Source: an uncultured delta proteobacterium
GTDB taxonomy: Bacteria > Desulfobacterota > Binatia > UBA9968
NCBI GenBank assembly: GCA_963727625.1
Contig: CAVSHR010000012.1
Location: 192,001-256,000, forward strand
Reading direction: 5' to 3'
Length of the DNA stretch: 64,000 bases
The position numbers and the translations under genes were made by a program. The first letter of the stretch is position 1. Every line of letters begins with the position of its first letter. The notes beneath the pieces are model-generated. The model did not search any database, had not been told where the DNA came from, and worked only from the letters and a program-made list of their open reading frames with translations. Positions 30,285 through 40,607 of the stretch are shown here, piece after piece.

Positions 30285-31491
30285 TTATAAAAAAACCACG
30301 GAGACCATCGTCCCCACCAAAACGACCCAGATAATCTCGACTCTAAAAAGGAGGGCGACAAATGCGGCCGCAGCTAGCGAAACGCGAGGGATATTCCACG
30401 GAATATTCGCCGCAAACCGAACGGTCACGGTAAATAAAAGTCCAACCAAAGGAACACAAAATAGCGCGGATGGCCCTGCTCAAGTAATTCGAATTTCGTA
30501 CCCTGTCGAAATGGGGCACGATTCCAATCAGAATTAGAAACGACGGCAAGAAGACACCGGCAGTCGCCACAACAGCGCCCATCATGCCATAAATTATATA
30601 GCCGACGAACGTCGCGGTGATGACGATCGGTCCAGGAGTGATCTGGCCGAGAGCGATTCCATTCAAAAATGTTTGCGCATCCAGCCAGGAGCGCACTTCG
30701 ACGACCTCATGAAACATGAGAGGCAAAGACGCGAAGCCGCCGCCGAAAGCAAAAAGATCGATCTTTAACATGATCGCGGCAAGATCGAACAACTCGCGCT
30801 CGAATAGGAAGAGCAGTACAAACGACAAGCCGGCGACTAACGCAATGGCAAAAACCGCCCTAGCAGAGGTCAATTGGTTGGCTGGGCTCACGCCCAATCT
30901 CGGCAGAGAATCGCTCTTGTAGAGCGTGACACCCAAAAGCGCCGCCAGTAAGATTACCAGAATCGGGCTTGTGCCCAATCCAAACATCCCCGCTGCGAAG
31001 GCGGCAATGACTGCGTCCCTTACACCTTTCAAGGACGTTTTGCCGAAGGACAGGGTCGCATTTGCGACGATGGCCACGACCATGGTTTGAAGGCCGCTGA
31101 AGATCGAAACGACCGAGGGCACCGAATGTCCGCGTGCATACAACGCCGATAGCGCAACCATGAGAAGAAAAGCGGGGAACCCAAAGCCGATAAAACTCGC
31201 CGCGGCGCCGGCTACGCTTCTCGCTTTGAAGCCGACGTAAGCGGCGGTTTGCATCGCCGTCGCTCCGGGGATCGTTTGGCAAAACGCTACACCATCGCGA
31301 AAGGTCTGATCGTTGAGCCATCGCTTCTGTTCGACAGCCATCTTGCCGATGTACGGCACCATCGCAGGCCCGCCAAATGCCGTCGCACCCAATTTTAGAA
31401 ACGATAACAATAGACTAGTTAAAGATGGGCTAATCTGCCGAGCCGGAGTTTTAGAATTCCGGCTGCTTGAGAATCGAGATTTGATCACCAT
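30285..31491 (-). pseudogene. chrA: Chromate efflux transporter ChrA, frameshifted near 3' end
   Basis: Two CHR repeats (AFGGP..PGA; AFGGG..TPGP); removing one base at 30446-30447 restores SFVGLLFTV...VVFL-stop at 30285. Confidence 0.85.
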
Positions 31492-31550
31492 GTTCCGCGT
31501 AATACACGCGCCCAACGATCCAAACTGCCGAGTCGGCGATATCCACCAGG

Positions 31551-31592
31551 ATGGATGCCGAAACCTCTCGGATCAAGGCTTTCGGCATCCAT
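31551..31592. other. Intergenic 13-bp hairpin
   Basis: ATGGATGCCGAAA (31551-31563) pairs with TTTCGGCATCCAT (31580-31592). Confidence 0.7.
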
Positions 31593-31657
31593 GCGAACCG
31601 TCGTCTCCTCCAAAACAGCCGCGCCATCATATTCGGTCGGCTGCGCGTTACAATCCC

Positions 31658-32305
31658 TCACGTTGCTTCTTTCCTGAGTGTGACGCGAAACAGCTTTCTC
31701 GGCAGCGCGCCTTCTTCGAACTCTTCGATGCTTAAGATGTCGAATCCTTGCGCCAGCTGCTCAACATTTTCCCTGCTAAAAAAGTGGACCGTGAAACCGC
31801 CGCTGCTTTCGAATGTATCCTCTCCTCGGGCAATACCGGTGCCGTACTGCGGGTCGCCGGTGTGCCTGATCGTGTAGACGTTGAGGCCGCCGGGTCTCAG
31901 TACCCGCCAGACTTCCCCCGCGAGGCCTTCGATCTCAGGTGTGCTGAGCGCCATGCAGAAGAGCATATGCGAATAACACGCGTCGAAGGAGGCGTCATCG
32001 AACGGCAGGGGATCGCGGACATCATGGCGCAGGGCGGTGATCGCATCGGTTAAGTTTAACGCCGCTGCTCTGCGTGCAATATCCTTGACACCGTTCTCGG
32101 CGTAATCGACCACGGTTACCTGAAATCCATTCTGGGCGAAAAAAATCGTATCCCGCCCCTGTCCGCCGCCGAGCTCGAGAACTTTCCCAATTCCTTCCCT
32201 CTGAAAAAGCTCCAGCGCCTTTTGCGCCGGAGCGCTCGACTGCGCGCCAAACATCTCTGGCTTGCGCGCAAATGAATCTTCCCACTGTTGTTGTTGCTGG
32301 TCCAA
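31658..32305 (-). CDS. Class I SAM-dependent methyltransferase (paralog of 7900-8574)
   Basis: VLELGGGQGRD, YSHMLFCMAL; TTG start 7 nt after GGAGG, exact start uncertain. Confidence 0.87.
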   Translation of the reverse strand: MDQQQQQWEDSFARKPEMFGAQSSAPAQKALELFQREGIGKVLELGGGQGRDTIFFAQNGFQVTVVDYAENGVKDIARRAAALNLTDAITALRHDVRDPLPFDDASFDACYSHMLFCMALSTPEIEGLAGEVWRVLRPGGLNVYTIRHTGDPQYGTGIARGEDTFESSGGFTVHFFSRENVEQLAQGFDILSIEEFEEGALPRKLFRVTLRKEAT

Positions 32306-32434
32306 GATTTTTCCTCCGGCATACGGGTTGGAAATTCTATGCCCAAACCCGGTGCACTCCCCGATGCGTCTGGATTCAATCGAAAGCACTAGAAGTCACC
32401 AGCGGAATTATCCGGGCTTCAGCACAGTTTAACG

Positions 32435-32463
32435 TTGACAATCTGAGTCGATCAACCTACTGT
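32435..32463 (+). promoter_or_regulatory. sigma70-type promoter upstream of the sigma factor gene
   Basis: TTGACA-17 nt-TACTGT. Confidence 0.55.
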
Positions 32464-32630
32464 AAAATCCACACATTTCTCGCAATCAAATAGATTGGTC
32501 CAGCATTCGTTTCCCGGACGTTCCGCATCTAAGGATCACCGGCGCCGGCCCTCTGTCAGTTGCTGCCCGTCTAATTGCGCCCCGCTTTACGCGACTGTGC
32601 CCATTAGAATGTTTCCGCTGACACGGCAAG

Positions 32631-34208
32631 GTGAAGAAAATGACGGAAAAGATTGCAGACGCTTCGGAAAACGCTCGGGGAATGCCAGATGGCATGGACG
32701 ATATTACCGAGCCGGCCATACCGGCGTGCCTTCCAAGCGAAAGTTGGCCTGACGATCCGCTCCTTGATACCGATAACGAAATTGCCAAGCAGGATTCGCC
32801 TGATGTGCCTTCGGCAATCGAGGAGCCGGACAGTGGGGCCGACAGCGACTCGTGGCTTGCCGCAGCGGACCCGATTGCGCGTTACCTTCAGGACATACGC
32901 GCGGTTCCGCTGTTAAGCCGCGGCGAGGAAATCAGGTTAGCGCAGCAGATTAAGGATGGAGAAAACAGGATCGCCGAAGAAGCGCTCTCGTCTCTGATCG
33001 CGCTTCGATGCGCCCTCGAACTTGGTGCGGCGGTCGCGGCCGAAAGATTGAATATACGCGATGTCGTCAAACTGCGGGTGGAGAATTCCGGAGAGCATTT
33101 TATCGACGAGACGATTCTGTGCAGCCGCTTTCGCGCGGGCGTGAGAAAGCTCCAAAACCTGGCAAACCATTGCCAACGGGCCGTCTTGCAGCCGGCGAAA
33201 TCACCAACGCCCGCTCGCCGATCCGCATCCGACGCAAAGATCAAGCGACGGCATCAAAAGATCGCCGAACTGATCAAATCCCTCGACCTCAACCGCCAGC
33301 AGTTAGAGGCCATCATCGAGCGACACCAAGAGATCTACCAAGAAGCAAAGGGACTCAAGGACAATTCACCCGCACAGGCGCATCAAGCTAAAAAAATCCG
33401 CGCCGTAGAAAAAGCTATCGGGATGCCGATTGCGGAACTCGGGCGGAAAGTCAGCGTCATCGTCGACAGCAAGGCACAAGTCGCCGCGGCTAAGCGTGAC
33501 TTCATACAGGCCAATCTCCGGCTGGCGGCGGCGGTCGCGAAGAAATATTGCGGGCACGGGCTCAGCTATCTGGACCTCATCCAAGAAGGCAACATCGGCC
33601 TGATGCGAGCCGTCGATAAATTCGATTACCGCCTCGGTTTTCGCTTCGCGACCTACGCGACTTGGTGGATCCGCCAAGCCGTCAGCCGTTCGCTCGCGGA
33701 TTATGCGCACACGATCCGCATCCCGGTCCACATGGTCGAGCTTGCAAATAAATTGACGCACACGATGGATGATCTCGGGCGCCGGCTCGGGCGCAAACCC
33801 ACGGCGGCGGAACTCGCCGCGCACATGGGGACACCGGAAGCTAAGGTTCAAACGGTTCTAAGCTTGGTCAAAGAACCGATCTCGCTCGACGCTCCCCTGG
33901 GCGAGGACGGCGACAACTGTTTGGCGGACTTGATCACCGACGAGCACGCCGGAGATCCCGAAGCGCTGCTCATCGATGAAAAGTTCAAGGAAGCGATGCA
34001 AAGACTCTTGACGACGCTCAGCCCGCGGGAGGAAAAAATCATCTGTATGCGCTTCGGCATCCGGCAAAAGTCGAATTGCACGCTGGAGGAAACCGGCAAG
34101 GTATTCGGCATCACCCGCGAAAGAATCCGCCAGATCGAGGCCATCGCTCTCAAGAAACTGCGCCGGCATGATCCGGACTTGCGACGACTCGCCCCTGAGA
34201 CCAAATAG
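32631..34208 (+). CDS. RpoD-like sigma70 factor paralog
   Basis: Region 1.2 [38 protein letters not shown], region 4 TRERIRQIE. Confidence 0.92.
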   Translation: MKKMTEKIADASENARGMPDGMDDITEPAIPACLPSESWPDDPLLDTDNEIAKQDSPDVPSAIEEPDSGADSDSWLAAADPIARYLQDIRAVPLLSRGEEIRLAQQIKDGENRIAEEALSSLIALRCALELGAAVAAERLNIRDVVKLRVENSGEHFIDETILCSRFRAGVRKLQNLANHCQRAVLQPAKSPTPARRSASDAKIKRRHQKIAELIKSLDLNRQQLEAIIERHQEIYQEAKGLKDNSPAQAHQAKKIRAVEKAIGMPIAELGRKVSVIVDSKAQVAAAKRDFIQANLRLAAAVAKKYCGHGLSYLDLIQEGNIGLMRAVDKFDYRLGFRFATYATWWIRQAVSRSLADYAHTIRIPVHMVELANKLTHTMDDLGRRLGRKPTAAELAAHMGTPEAKVQTVLSLVKEPISLDAPLGEDGDNCLADLITDEHAGDPEALLIDEKFKEAMQRLLTTLSPREEKIICMRFGIRQKSNCTLEETGKVFGITRERIRQIEAIALKKLRRHDPDLRRLAPETK

Positions 34209-34428
34209 GTCGCTTCAGGAACGAGCCGTTTTCATAAGTCCTCTGCCTCAGGAGAATCATAAATTCCCATGGCGCCGTTTTCGATCGTGCGCCGAAACGT
34301 TTTACGCCGGCGCGGCAGGTCGTTTAGGATCGAAAACGGGCCGCACTCCGGCAGCGATTCGACAGCTGCGACGCGTGCGTTGGCGCCGCGCAGAAATTGC
34401 GGCTAATATCGACACCCAGCCGGCGCGT

Positions 34429-34944
34429 CTATTGGTTCTTTCGCTCTGCTACCCCAGTCAAATCCGCCGGCCTCTGGCCTAACGGACAAGGCGCGGCGGG
34501 CGTTTGCTGGTTGAACACCTCCGGTTCAATGTTGATAGCGCTCTTGATCGAGTTGGAGACGAAACAATTCTCTTTGGCTTTTTCCAGAATGCGCGGCATG
34601 CGCGCGATATCGTTGGCGGCGGCGAGAACAACTCTCGGCTTGAGGGTGATTTCAGTGATCTGGTAACGGCTGCCCTGGACTTTTTCGAGTTTTCCCTTAG
34701 CGGCGCAGGATAGGCTTGCCAACCCGACCTTGGAAAACTCGGCGATCGCGAGCAAAGTAAGCGTGTAACAGCTATTGAGGGAAGCGACGAACAGCTGTTC
34801 GGGAGACCAATTGCCGTCACGACCCTTAAATTCCGGCGGCGCACCTGCCTCGATCACCGGCAGCTTGCCGCCGCTAAGCTTCAGCTCCTTGTTTCCCCTC
34901 CACTCAACTTCGTTTTCGTAAAAATACTTGTTTGTCTCAGCCAT
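34429..34944 (-). CDS. OsmC family protein
   Basis: PPEFKG..WSPEQLFVASLNSC, ENCFVSNSI. Confidence 0.9.
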   Translation of the reverse strand: MAETNKYFYENEVEWRGNKELKLSGGKLPVIEAGAPPEFKGRDGNWSPEQLFVASLNSCYTLTLLAIAEFSKVGLASLSCAAKGKLEKVQGSRYQITEITLKPRVVLAAANDIARMPRILEKAKENCFVSNSIKSAINIEPEVFNQQTPAAPCPLGQRPADLTGVAERKNQ

Positions 34945-35000
34945 GCCCGTAGTCCTTATTGGGCGAATTGTGTCGCCCGTCGATTTGAAGACCGGATGAC

Positions 35001-35072
35001 CTCGCGCAAAGACGCAAAGATCGCCCCCTCCGGCATCACGTTCCCTTTTCGGCCTGTGCGACTTGGCGGGAG
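35001..35072. repeat. REP-like imperfect inverted repeat
   Basis: CTCGCGCAAAGACGCAAAG (35001-35019) vs CTGTGCGACTTGGCGGGAG (35054-35072), 15 of 19 positions complementary. Confidence 0.6.
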
Positions 35073-35116
35073 ATAGTCCGAGCTTTGCATGCGCTTAGCT
35101 CGCACAGGGCGCTTCG

Positions 35117-36082
35117 TCAATGACCATCATCGCGACCGACAAACTCTCGTAAAAGATCGGTGTAGGTGATCATGCCGACGACTTTTTCGTGAACGTCGAC
35201 CACCGGCAGCCCGCCGATGTGCCAACGCAGCATAAGCTCGGCGGCATCTTTCAGCGTGGTTTCCGGCGTCACCCGGATCGGGTCGAAAACCGCCGCCTGC
35301 TGCACCACCATCGACCAGAGCTGCACGGCGGCGTCGTTCTTGTCGACGAACGCCAGCGAGGGGCGAATCAAGCGTACGTCCCGGTCGCTGAGCATGCCGA
35401 TCAGCTTGTCGTTCTCGTCGACCACGGGGAGGTGGCGGAAGTGGCCATGCTCCATTTTCCAAATCGCGTCTTTAAGTCCGTCGTCGGGATTCACGGTGGC
35501 AGGGTTTTTCGTCATCCGCTCTTTGATTTTGGCGGCTTTTTTGTCCCTTCGCGGAGACAACGCTGGTCCCGTCGTAAAAGGAATGTGTTTGAGGTATTCC
35601 GCTTCGAAATTTTCATATTCCACCAAATGCACGCGACCGCCCGCCAGGATATCTTCGACTTCCCGCGAGGCCGCTACGCCCTGCTCGATCCAAAACATCG
35701 ACACGCCCTTGTCGACGGCCGCCTGGGCCAATTCCGCGTAGTCGATGGCGTCGTTTGGATAGACTTGCACGACGTCGATCTTGCCCGGCACCTCGCGCAA
35801 AGTTTGGTAGCAGCGCAGACCGAGAAAACTGACGCGATCGGCAAAGACCGGGATGATTTCTAGTCCGAGCCCAAGAAGTTTTTCGATCGCAATAAAGCTC
35901 GCGCTGCTCGGATCTCCGCTGGCGCCAATCACGGCCATCCGCCGGCACTGTTCGAGAACCGCTTTGCGCTGGCGGCGCAGTAAATAAATTCGACGGTTCG
36001 AATTCCCCGCCCAGTATTGGTTCATTTGGCGATCCCTGATTTGGGTCGCGGAGACATTCACGCTTTCCGCCTTTGAAGCCAT
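35117..36082 (-). CDS. CoA-binding domain + tandem CBS fusion protein
   Basis: AVIGAS..YQTLREVPGKIDVV..FWIEQG, then CBS pair (MTKNP, FRHLPVVD, GMITYTDLL). Confidence 0.85.
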   Translation of the reverse strand: MASKAESVNVSATQIRDRQMNQYWAGNSNRRIYLLRRQRKAVLEQCRRMAVIGASGDPSSASFIAIEKLLGLGLEIIPVFADRVSFLGLRCYQTLREVPGKIDVVQVYPNDAIDYAELAQAAVDKGVSMFWIEQGVAASREVEDILAGGRVHLVEYENFEAEYLKHIPFTTGPALSPRRDKKAAKIKERMTKNPATVNPDDGLKDAIWKMEHGHFRHLPVVDENDKLIGMLSDRDVRLIRPSLAFVDKNDAAVQLWSMVVQQAAVFDPIRVTPETTLKDAAELMLRWHIGGLPVVDVHEKVVGMITYTDLLREFVGRDDGH

Positions 36083-36153
36083 AGACCGCGTTCCTCACTT
36101 GCTGGCAAGTCTGGTCTCGCCGGAATAAAGTCCTTCTGTGATGAGTATCAACA

Positions 36154-36168
36154 GCAAGAGCCATACCA
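36154..36168 (-). promoter_or_regulatory. sigma54 promoter
   Basis: TGGTAT-GGCTC-TTGC(T) upstream of 36082. Confidence 0.7.
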
Positions 36169-36269
36169 GCTTAGATCTCAATTATTCGGCGACTTTTCCG
36201 TCGATCTTGGCAAGGTTGGTAAAATCGCCGGAACCGATTCGCAAAGCTGCGAGCGACACTGAAAGTCGA

Positions 36270-36530
36270 GCAGCTGCAGTTCTTCGGGCTTAAAGCCGCG
36301 CCGCAGCAAGCCCTGGGGTTTCACTTTTACCGGCCCGATTTGATCCGGGCGCAGACGATCGAAGTCAACCAACACGAAAAGGTGCGAAAAACCATCGAGG
36401 CCACCCAACCCATCGGCGAATACCGGAAAAATCTCCAGTTCCCCTTCGCAATCGCCCCCTTTCCCTGGCTTCGGCGTCGCTGCCCTTGGTGTGAATGATG
36501 CCGATCGGTTTAACGGCAATTTCCCTCGGA
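36270..36530 (-). pseudogene. TrmO/TsaA (YaeB) family remnant
   Basis: VKPIGIIH in one frame and ELEIFP.FADGL.GLDGFSHLFVL in another; C-terminal RPNPIG motif absent; boundaries approximate. Confidence 0.65.
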
Positions 36531-36658
36531 ACCTTTTGACTGGCTATTGAGTCGCCACGCAGCGAATACCAACTCGGTCCGACGACTCGCCCGACCCGAA
36601 AAAACGCAACATTTATTACAGCATGGCGGGAGCTAAACTCGGCCAAGCGAAGCGATCC

Positions 36659-37657
36659 TTAGCGCATCAAGTAAACAGCCGCCACGGCGTACAAATAAAC
36701 CATGGCGATGGCGAGCGAATCCCAGGCGAACAGAAACCGCTTCTTGCTTACCCGGTAGGTCAGACCGATCACGGCAATCGCGGTCATCGCCATCGCCCCG
36801 TTTGCGGTCACGATATGGCCCGGCGCGGCGGTGGTGAGCAGCGGCGCCTTGGCATATAAAATATCATCGAGCGCCAATATCGCCATGTTGAAAAGGTTGC
36901 TGCCGAGCAAATTACTAAAAACCAAATCGATCGCGTCAAGTCGCAATGCGCCGATGGAAACCACGAGCTCGGGCAGTGAAGTCGTCAAGGCGATAAAAAT
37001 ACTGCCCACGAAGGTGCGCCCGAGTCCCGTCGCCTCGGCAATCTGATCGCCGAGATGGGGCAAATAGCTCGCCGCCCCGACCACCAACACGGCATTCGCC
37101 GCGTAGTTGACGTAAGCATGCTTTGAAGAAATCTTGTCATAGCGGGCGATCTCGGCCTTCTGCTGAACGAACTCGACGATGCGCTTCTTCTCGAAGAGAA
37201 AAATCATCCGCATAGCAACAGCATAAGTCAGAATCAAAGCGAACGTCGCCGGACTGATCCAGCCGAAACCAGGCAAGCTCTGCCCTGCGTTCAAACTAAT
37301 CGCAGCAACACCGAGCATGAGGACACCGAAGCTGGCCGCGAGCACATGGCCCTGGTGCGCTTTAGCGGAGATGGGAGTTGGGCCGCTCAGTGCATCCATC
37401 GTAGCAAGGATCAGAAGATTGAACATACAACTTCCAAAAACATCCCCGACGGCGATGTTCGGCAGGTCGAAAATGGCCACCGAGCTAATCCCCGTAATTA
37501 ATTCCGGCAACGACGTTACCGACGCCATCAATATGATGCCGACCCAGGTTCGGCCCATGCCGGTTTTTTCGGCGATCACGTCGCCGTATTTGGATAGGTT
37601 TGTGCCGGCAAAGACGATCACGCCGGTCACGACCGTGAATTGCAGCCAAAGAATCAC
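36659..37657 (-). CDS. Sodium:calcium antiporter (CaCA family)
   Basis: Two alpha repeats TSLPEL; GTG start overlaps the ATPase stop (GTGA). Confidence 0.9.
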   Translation of the reverse strand: MILWLQFTVVTGVIVFAGTNLSKYGDVIAEKTGMGRTWVGIILMASVTSLPELITGISSVAIFDLPNIAVGDVFGSCMFNLLILATMDALSGPTPISAKAHQGHVLAASFGVLMLGVAAISLNAGQSLPGFGWISPATFALILTYAVAMRMIFLFEKKRIVEFVQQKAEIARYDKISSKHAYVNYAANAVLVVGAASYLPHLGDQIAEATGLGRTFVGSIFIALTTSLPELVVSIGALRLDAIDLVFSNLLGSNLFNMAILALDDILYAKAPLLTTAAPGHIVTANGAMAMTAIAVIGLTYRVSKKRFLFAWDSLAIAMVYLYAVAAVYLMR

Positions 37658-40356
37658 TGGTTCATGCTCCGCTCCGGGATCGCATCGAACCAGCCGCGCC
37701 GCACCAGCCACTTCACCAGCTCGAGAACCGGAAAAATGCTCGCGGCTACGCCGAGCAAAACCGCCCACTCGGCCGACGATAAACTCGACGTGCTCAGCGG
37801 CCGCTGCAAAAACGGCGCATAAACAACCGCTGCGAGTAAAACGATTTCCCAGGCGACGGACAGGTTTAACCATTTGTTGCTGAACGGTCGACGCAGCACC
37901 GAATGGCGATCCGAACGATAGTTGTAGGCTTTGAAAAACTCGATGAGCGTGAGACCGGCAAACACCATCGTCATGGCCTCTTCGAGGCTTCGCCCCGAGT
38001 TAAGCGCCCAGCGAAACATCGTCAGATTCACCAGCGCCGACCAAAGCCCGCCGGCGAGCATCAGGGCGACGACGGGCCGGGTAAAAATTCCCCGCCTCGG
38101 ATCGCGCGGTTTTCGCCGCATGAGATCTTCTTCATGGGGATCGACCGCGAGCGCCAATGCCGGCAATCCGTCGGTGGCGAGATTGATGAAGAGAATCTGC
38201 ACAGCGGTGAGCGGCAACGGCCAACCGAGAATCGTCGCACCCCCGAGCACGAGGATTTCCCCTAAATTCGAAGACAAAAGAAACATCAGATACTTCTTGA
38301 TGTTCTCAAAAACTGCCCGGCCCTCTTCAACCGCGGCGACGATGGAGGCAAAGTTGTCGTCGGTCAACGTCATGTCCGCCGCTTCTTTGGTGACATCGGT
38401 GCCCGTGATCCCCATGGCGACGCCGATATCGGCCTTCTTGAGTGCGGGCGCGTCGTTGATGCCATCACCGGTCATGGCGACGGATTCACCGCGCTTCTGC
38501 AGCGCCGTTACGATGTTGAGTTTATGCGCCGGTGAGACCCGCGCGACTACCGTGAGATTCTCCACTTCCCGTTCCAGTGCTTCGTCGGATAACGCGTCGA
38601 GCTCAGCGCCGGTGACGACCTTGCCGTTGGCGAGCATGCCCAACTCTCGCGCCACGGCGCCGGCCGTGAGCGGATGATCACCGGTAATCATCATAGTGCG
38701 AATGCCGGCGCGCGCGCAGGTTTTGATGGCGGCTTTTGCCTCCGGTCTGGGCGGATCGATCATGCCCACCAAGCCAAGAAACACCATGTCCCGTTCGGCG
38801 TGTTCGAGCTCCGCGTCAGGCTTGTACGCCACCGCTAAAACGCGCAGCGCTTCTGCCGCCATCTGCCTGGCGATCTGCACGACTGACTCGTTGGCCGTAG
38901 CGTCTAACGGCACGACCCCGTCCTCGCCCTCGACCCGTGCGCAGGAGTTGAGAACCACCTCGGGCGCGCCCTTGGCGTAAGCGACCGTTCCACCGTTAGC
39001 TGCGTGCAGCGTCGTCATCCGTTTCGACTCCGAAGTAAAGGGTATCTCGTTTACCCGAAGAAATTTCGCGTCGAGCTCGGCCTTATCGAATCCGGCCTTA
39101 GCCGCGGCCACCACCAAAGCGGCCTCGGTGGGATCGCCTTTGATTTTCCAGCCATCATGCTCCGTGTCGTGCATTAACTGCGCGTCCGAGGCCAGAGCGC
39201 CGGCTTGTAACAGCAGCGCCAGCGGGCCGCGCGGCTCGACACCGCGGTTGTGATCGGTAAATTCGCCTTTCGGCTCGTAGCCGCTGCCGGACACGGCGAT
39301 CATGCGTCCGGCGACGAGCATTTTCCGCACGGTCATCTCATCTTTGGTCAACGTGCCGGTCTTGTCCGAGCAGATCACCGACACGCTGCCGAGGGTTTCC
39401 ACGGCAGGGAGCCGACGCACCAGCGCGTTGCGCCGCGCCATGCGTTGCACGCCGATGGCGAGCGAGATGGTCACGACAGCGGGCAGAGCTTCGGGAACCA
39501 CCGCGACCGCCAGCGCGATGCTAAAAATGACCATGTCCAGCAAGGGCTGGCCGCGCAGCAATTCAAGGCCGGCGACCAAGACGACGATCAGCAAGGCGGC
39601 TTGAGCCAGGGTTTTCCCCACCCGATCGAGATTTTTTTGCAGCGGTGTTCTGCCGGTCTCAAGAGTTCGCAGCGACTCGGCGATCTGGCCGAACTCGGTC
39701 TTCATCGCGGTGGCGACGACCACGGCGCGGCCGCGCCCATAAGTAACCGTCGTGCCGGCGTAAACCATGTTATTACGATCGGCGATCGCCAGCTTGCCCG
39801 CTTCGAGAGCCGCAGTCTGCTTTTCCACGGGCATGGATTCGCCCGTGAGCACCGCCTCGTCGCATTTAAGATTGACCGCGTCCACCAGCCGTCCGTCGGC
39901 GGGAACCTTGTCGCCGGTGCGCAGAAAAACAATATCGCCCGTGACCACTTCGCGCGCCGGGATGCTCTGCTCCAGGCCGTCGCGCAGCACCGCCGCAGTG
40001 GGTGCGGACAGTTGGCGCAAGGCGTCGAGAGCGCGCTCGGCGCGATATTCCTGGTAAAATCCCAGCCCCGCCGCGAACAATACAATCACCGCGATGGCGA
40101 GAGCCTCGATCGCATGACCGAGCAACGCCGAGAGGACGATGGCGCAGAGCAGGATAATGATCAGAACGTTCTTGAACTGCTCCAGCAAAATCGCCCAAGG
40201 AGAGACCGGCGGTGCCGCCAACAGCTCGTTGGCGCCATGGCGAGCCAGACGGCGGCGCGCCTCCGCCGCGCTCAGTCCGGTCGCAGCGTCGCTGGCCAAT
40301 TGGCGCAACACGGCGGCGACATCGCTCTCATAGGGCTGCCGGTCCGTCATGGTCAT
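37654..40356 (-). CDS. Cation-translocating P-type ATPase (P2A, Ca2+-type)
   Basis: [40 protein letters not shown]. Confidence 0.95.
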   Translation of the reverse strand: MTMTDRQPYESDVAAVLRQLASDAATGLSAAEARRRLARHGANELLAAPPVSPWAILLEQFKNVLIIILLCAIVLSALLGHAIEALAIAVIVLFAAGLGFYQEYRAERALDALRQLSAPTAAVLRDGLEQSIPAREVVTGDIVFLRTGDKVPADGRLVDAVNLKCDEAVLTGESMPVEKQTAALEAGKLAIADRNNMVYAGTTVTYGRGRAVVVATAMKTEFGQIAESLRTLETGRTPLQKNLDRVGKTLAQAALLIVVLVAGLELLRGQPLLDMVIFSIALAVAVVPEALPAVVTISLAIGVQRMARRNALVRRLPAVETLGSVSVICSDKTGTLTKDEMTVRKMLVAGRMIAVSGSGYEPKGEFTDHNRGVEPRGPLALLLQAGALASDAQLMHDTEHDGWKIKGDPTEAALVVAAAKAGFDKAELDAKFLRVNEIPFTSESKRMTTLHAANGGTVAYAKGAPEVVLNSCARVEGEDGVVPLDATANESVVQIARQMAAEALRVLAVAYKPDAELEHAERDMVFLGLVGMIDPPRPEAKAAIKTCARAGIRTMMITGDHPLTAGAVARELGMLANGKVVTGAELDALSDEALEREVENLTVVARVSPAHKLNIVTALQKRGESVAMTGDGINDAPALKKADIGVAMGITGTDVTKEAADMTLTDDNFASIVAAVEEGRAVFENIKKYLMFLLSSNLGEILVLGGATILGWPLPLTAVQILFINLATDGLPALALAVDPHEEDLMRRKPRDPRRGIFTRPVVALMLAGGLWSALVNLTMFRWALNSGRSLEEAMTMVFAGLTLIEFFKAYNYRSDRHSVLRRPFSNKWLNLSVAWEIVLLAAVVYAPFLQRPLSTSSLSSAEWAVLLGVAASIFPVLELVKWLVRRGWFDAIPERSMNQ

Positions 40357-40520
40357 TTATTTTTCGTGTTAGCGGTTCCATCCGTATTCTTGCGTCGATC
40401 CTCGACGTCACAAGCACCGGACATTCACGTCGGCACACCGAGGCGCGGCAGCACCCAACGCATGAGCACGATGTAAACGGCGAAGAATATAATGAACCCC
40501 AGCCATTCGGGCATAGTCAT
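40353..40520 (-). CDS. Candidate small membrane selenoprotein (55 aa, U-x4-C)
   Basis: AAGGAG RBS; [57 protein letters not shown]; read-through stop overlaps ATPase ATG. Confidence 0.78.
40380..40424 (-). promoter_or_regulatory. Putative bacterial SECIS hairpin
   Basis: Directly after UGA (40425-40427): UCCG..CUUG-(UGA bulge)-CGUCGA-GGA-UCGACG-CAAG..CGGA; G-containing apical loop 23 nt downstream. Confidence 0.7.
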
Positions 40521-40607
40521 TTCTCCTTTCTATTAACGACCGCTCATCCCGCGCCTGAGAAATTCGTACGGCGAGGGCAATTTTTTGGCTACGCTTTTGC
40601 TGCGATC

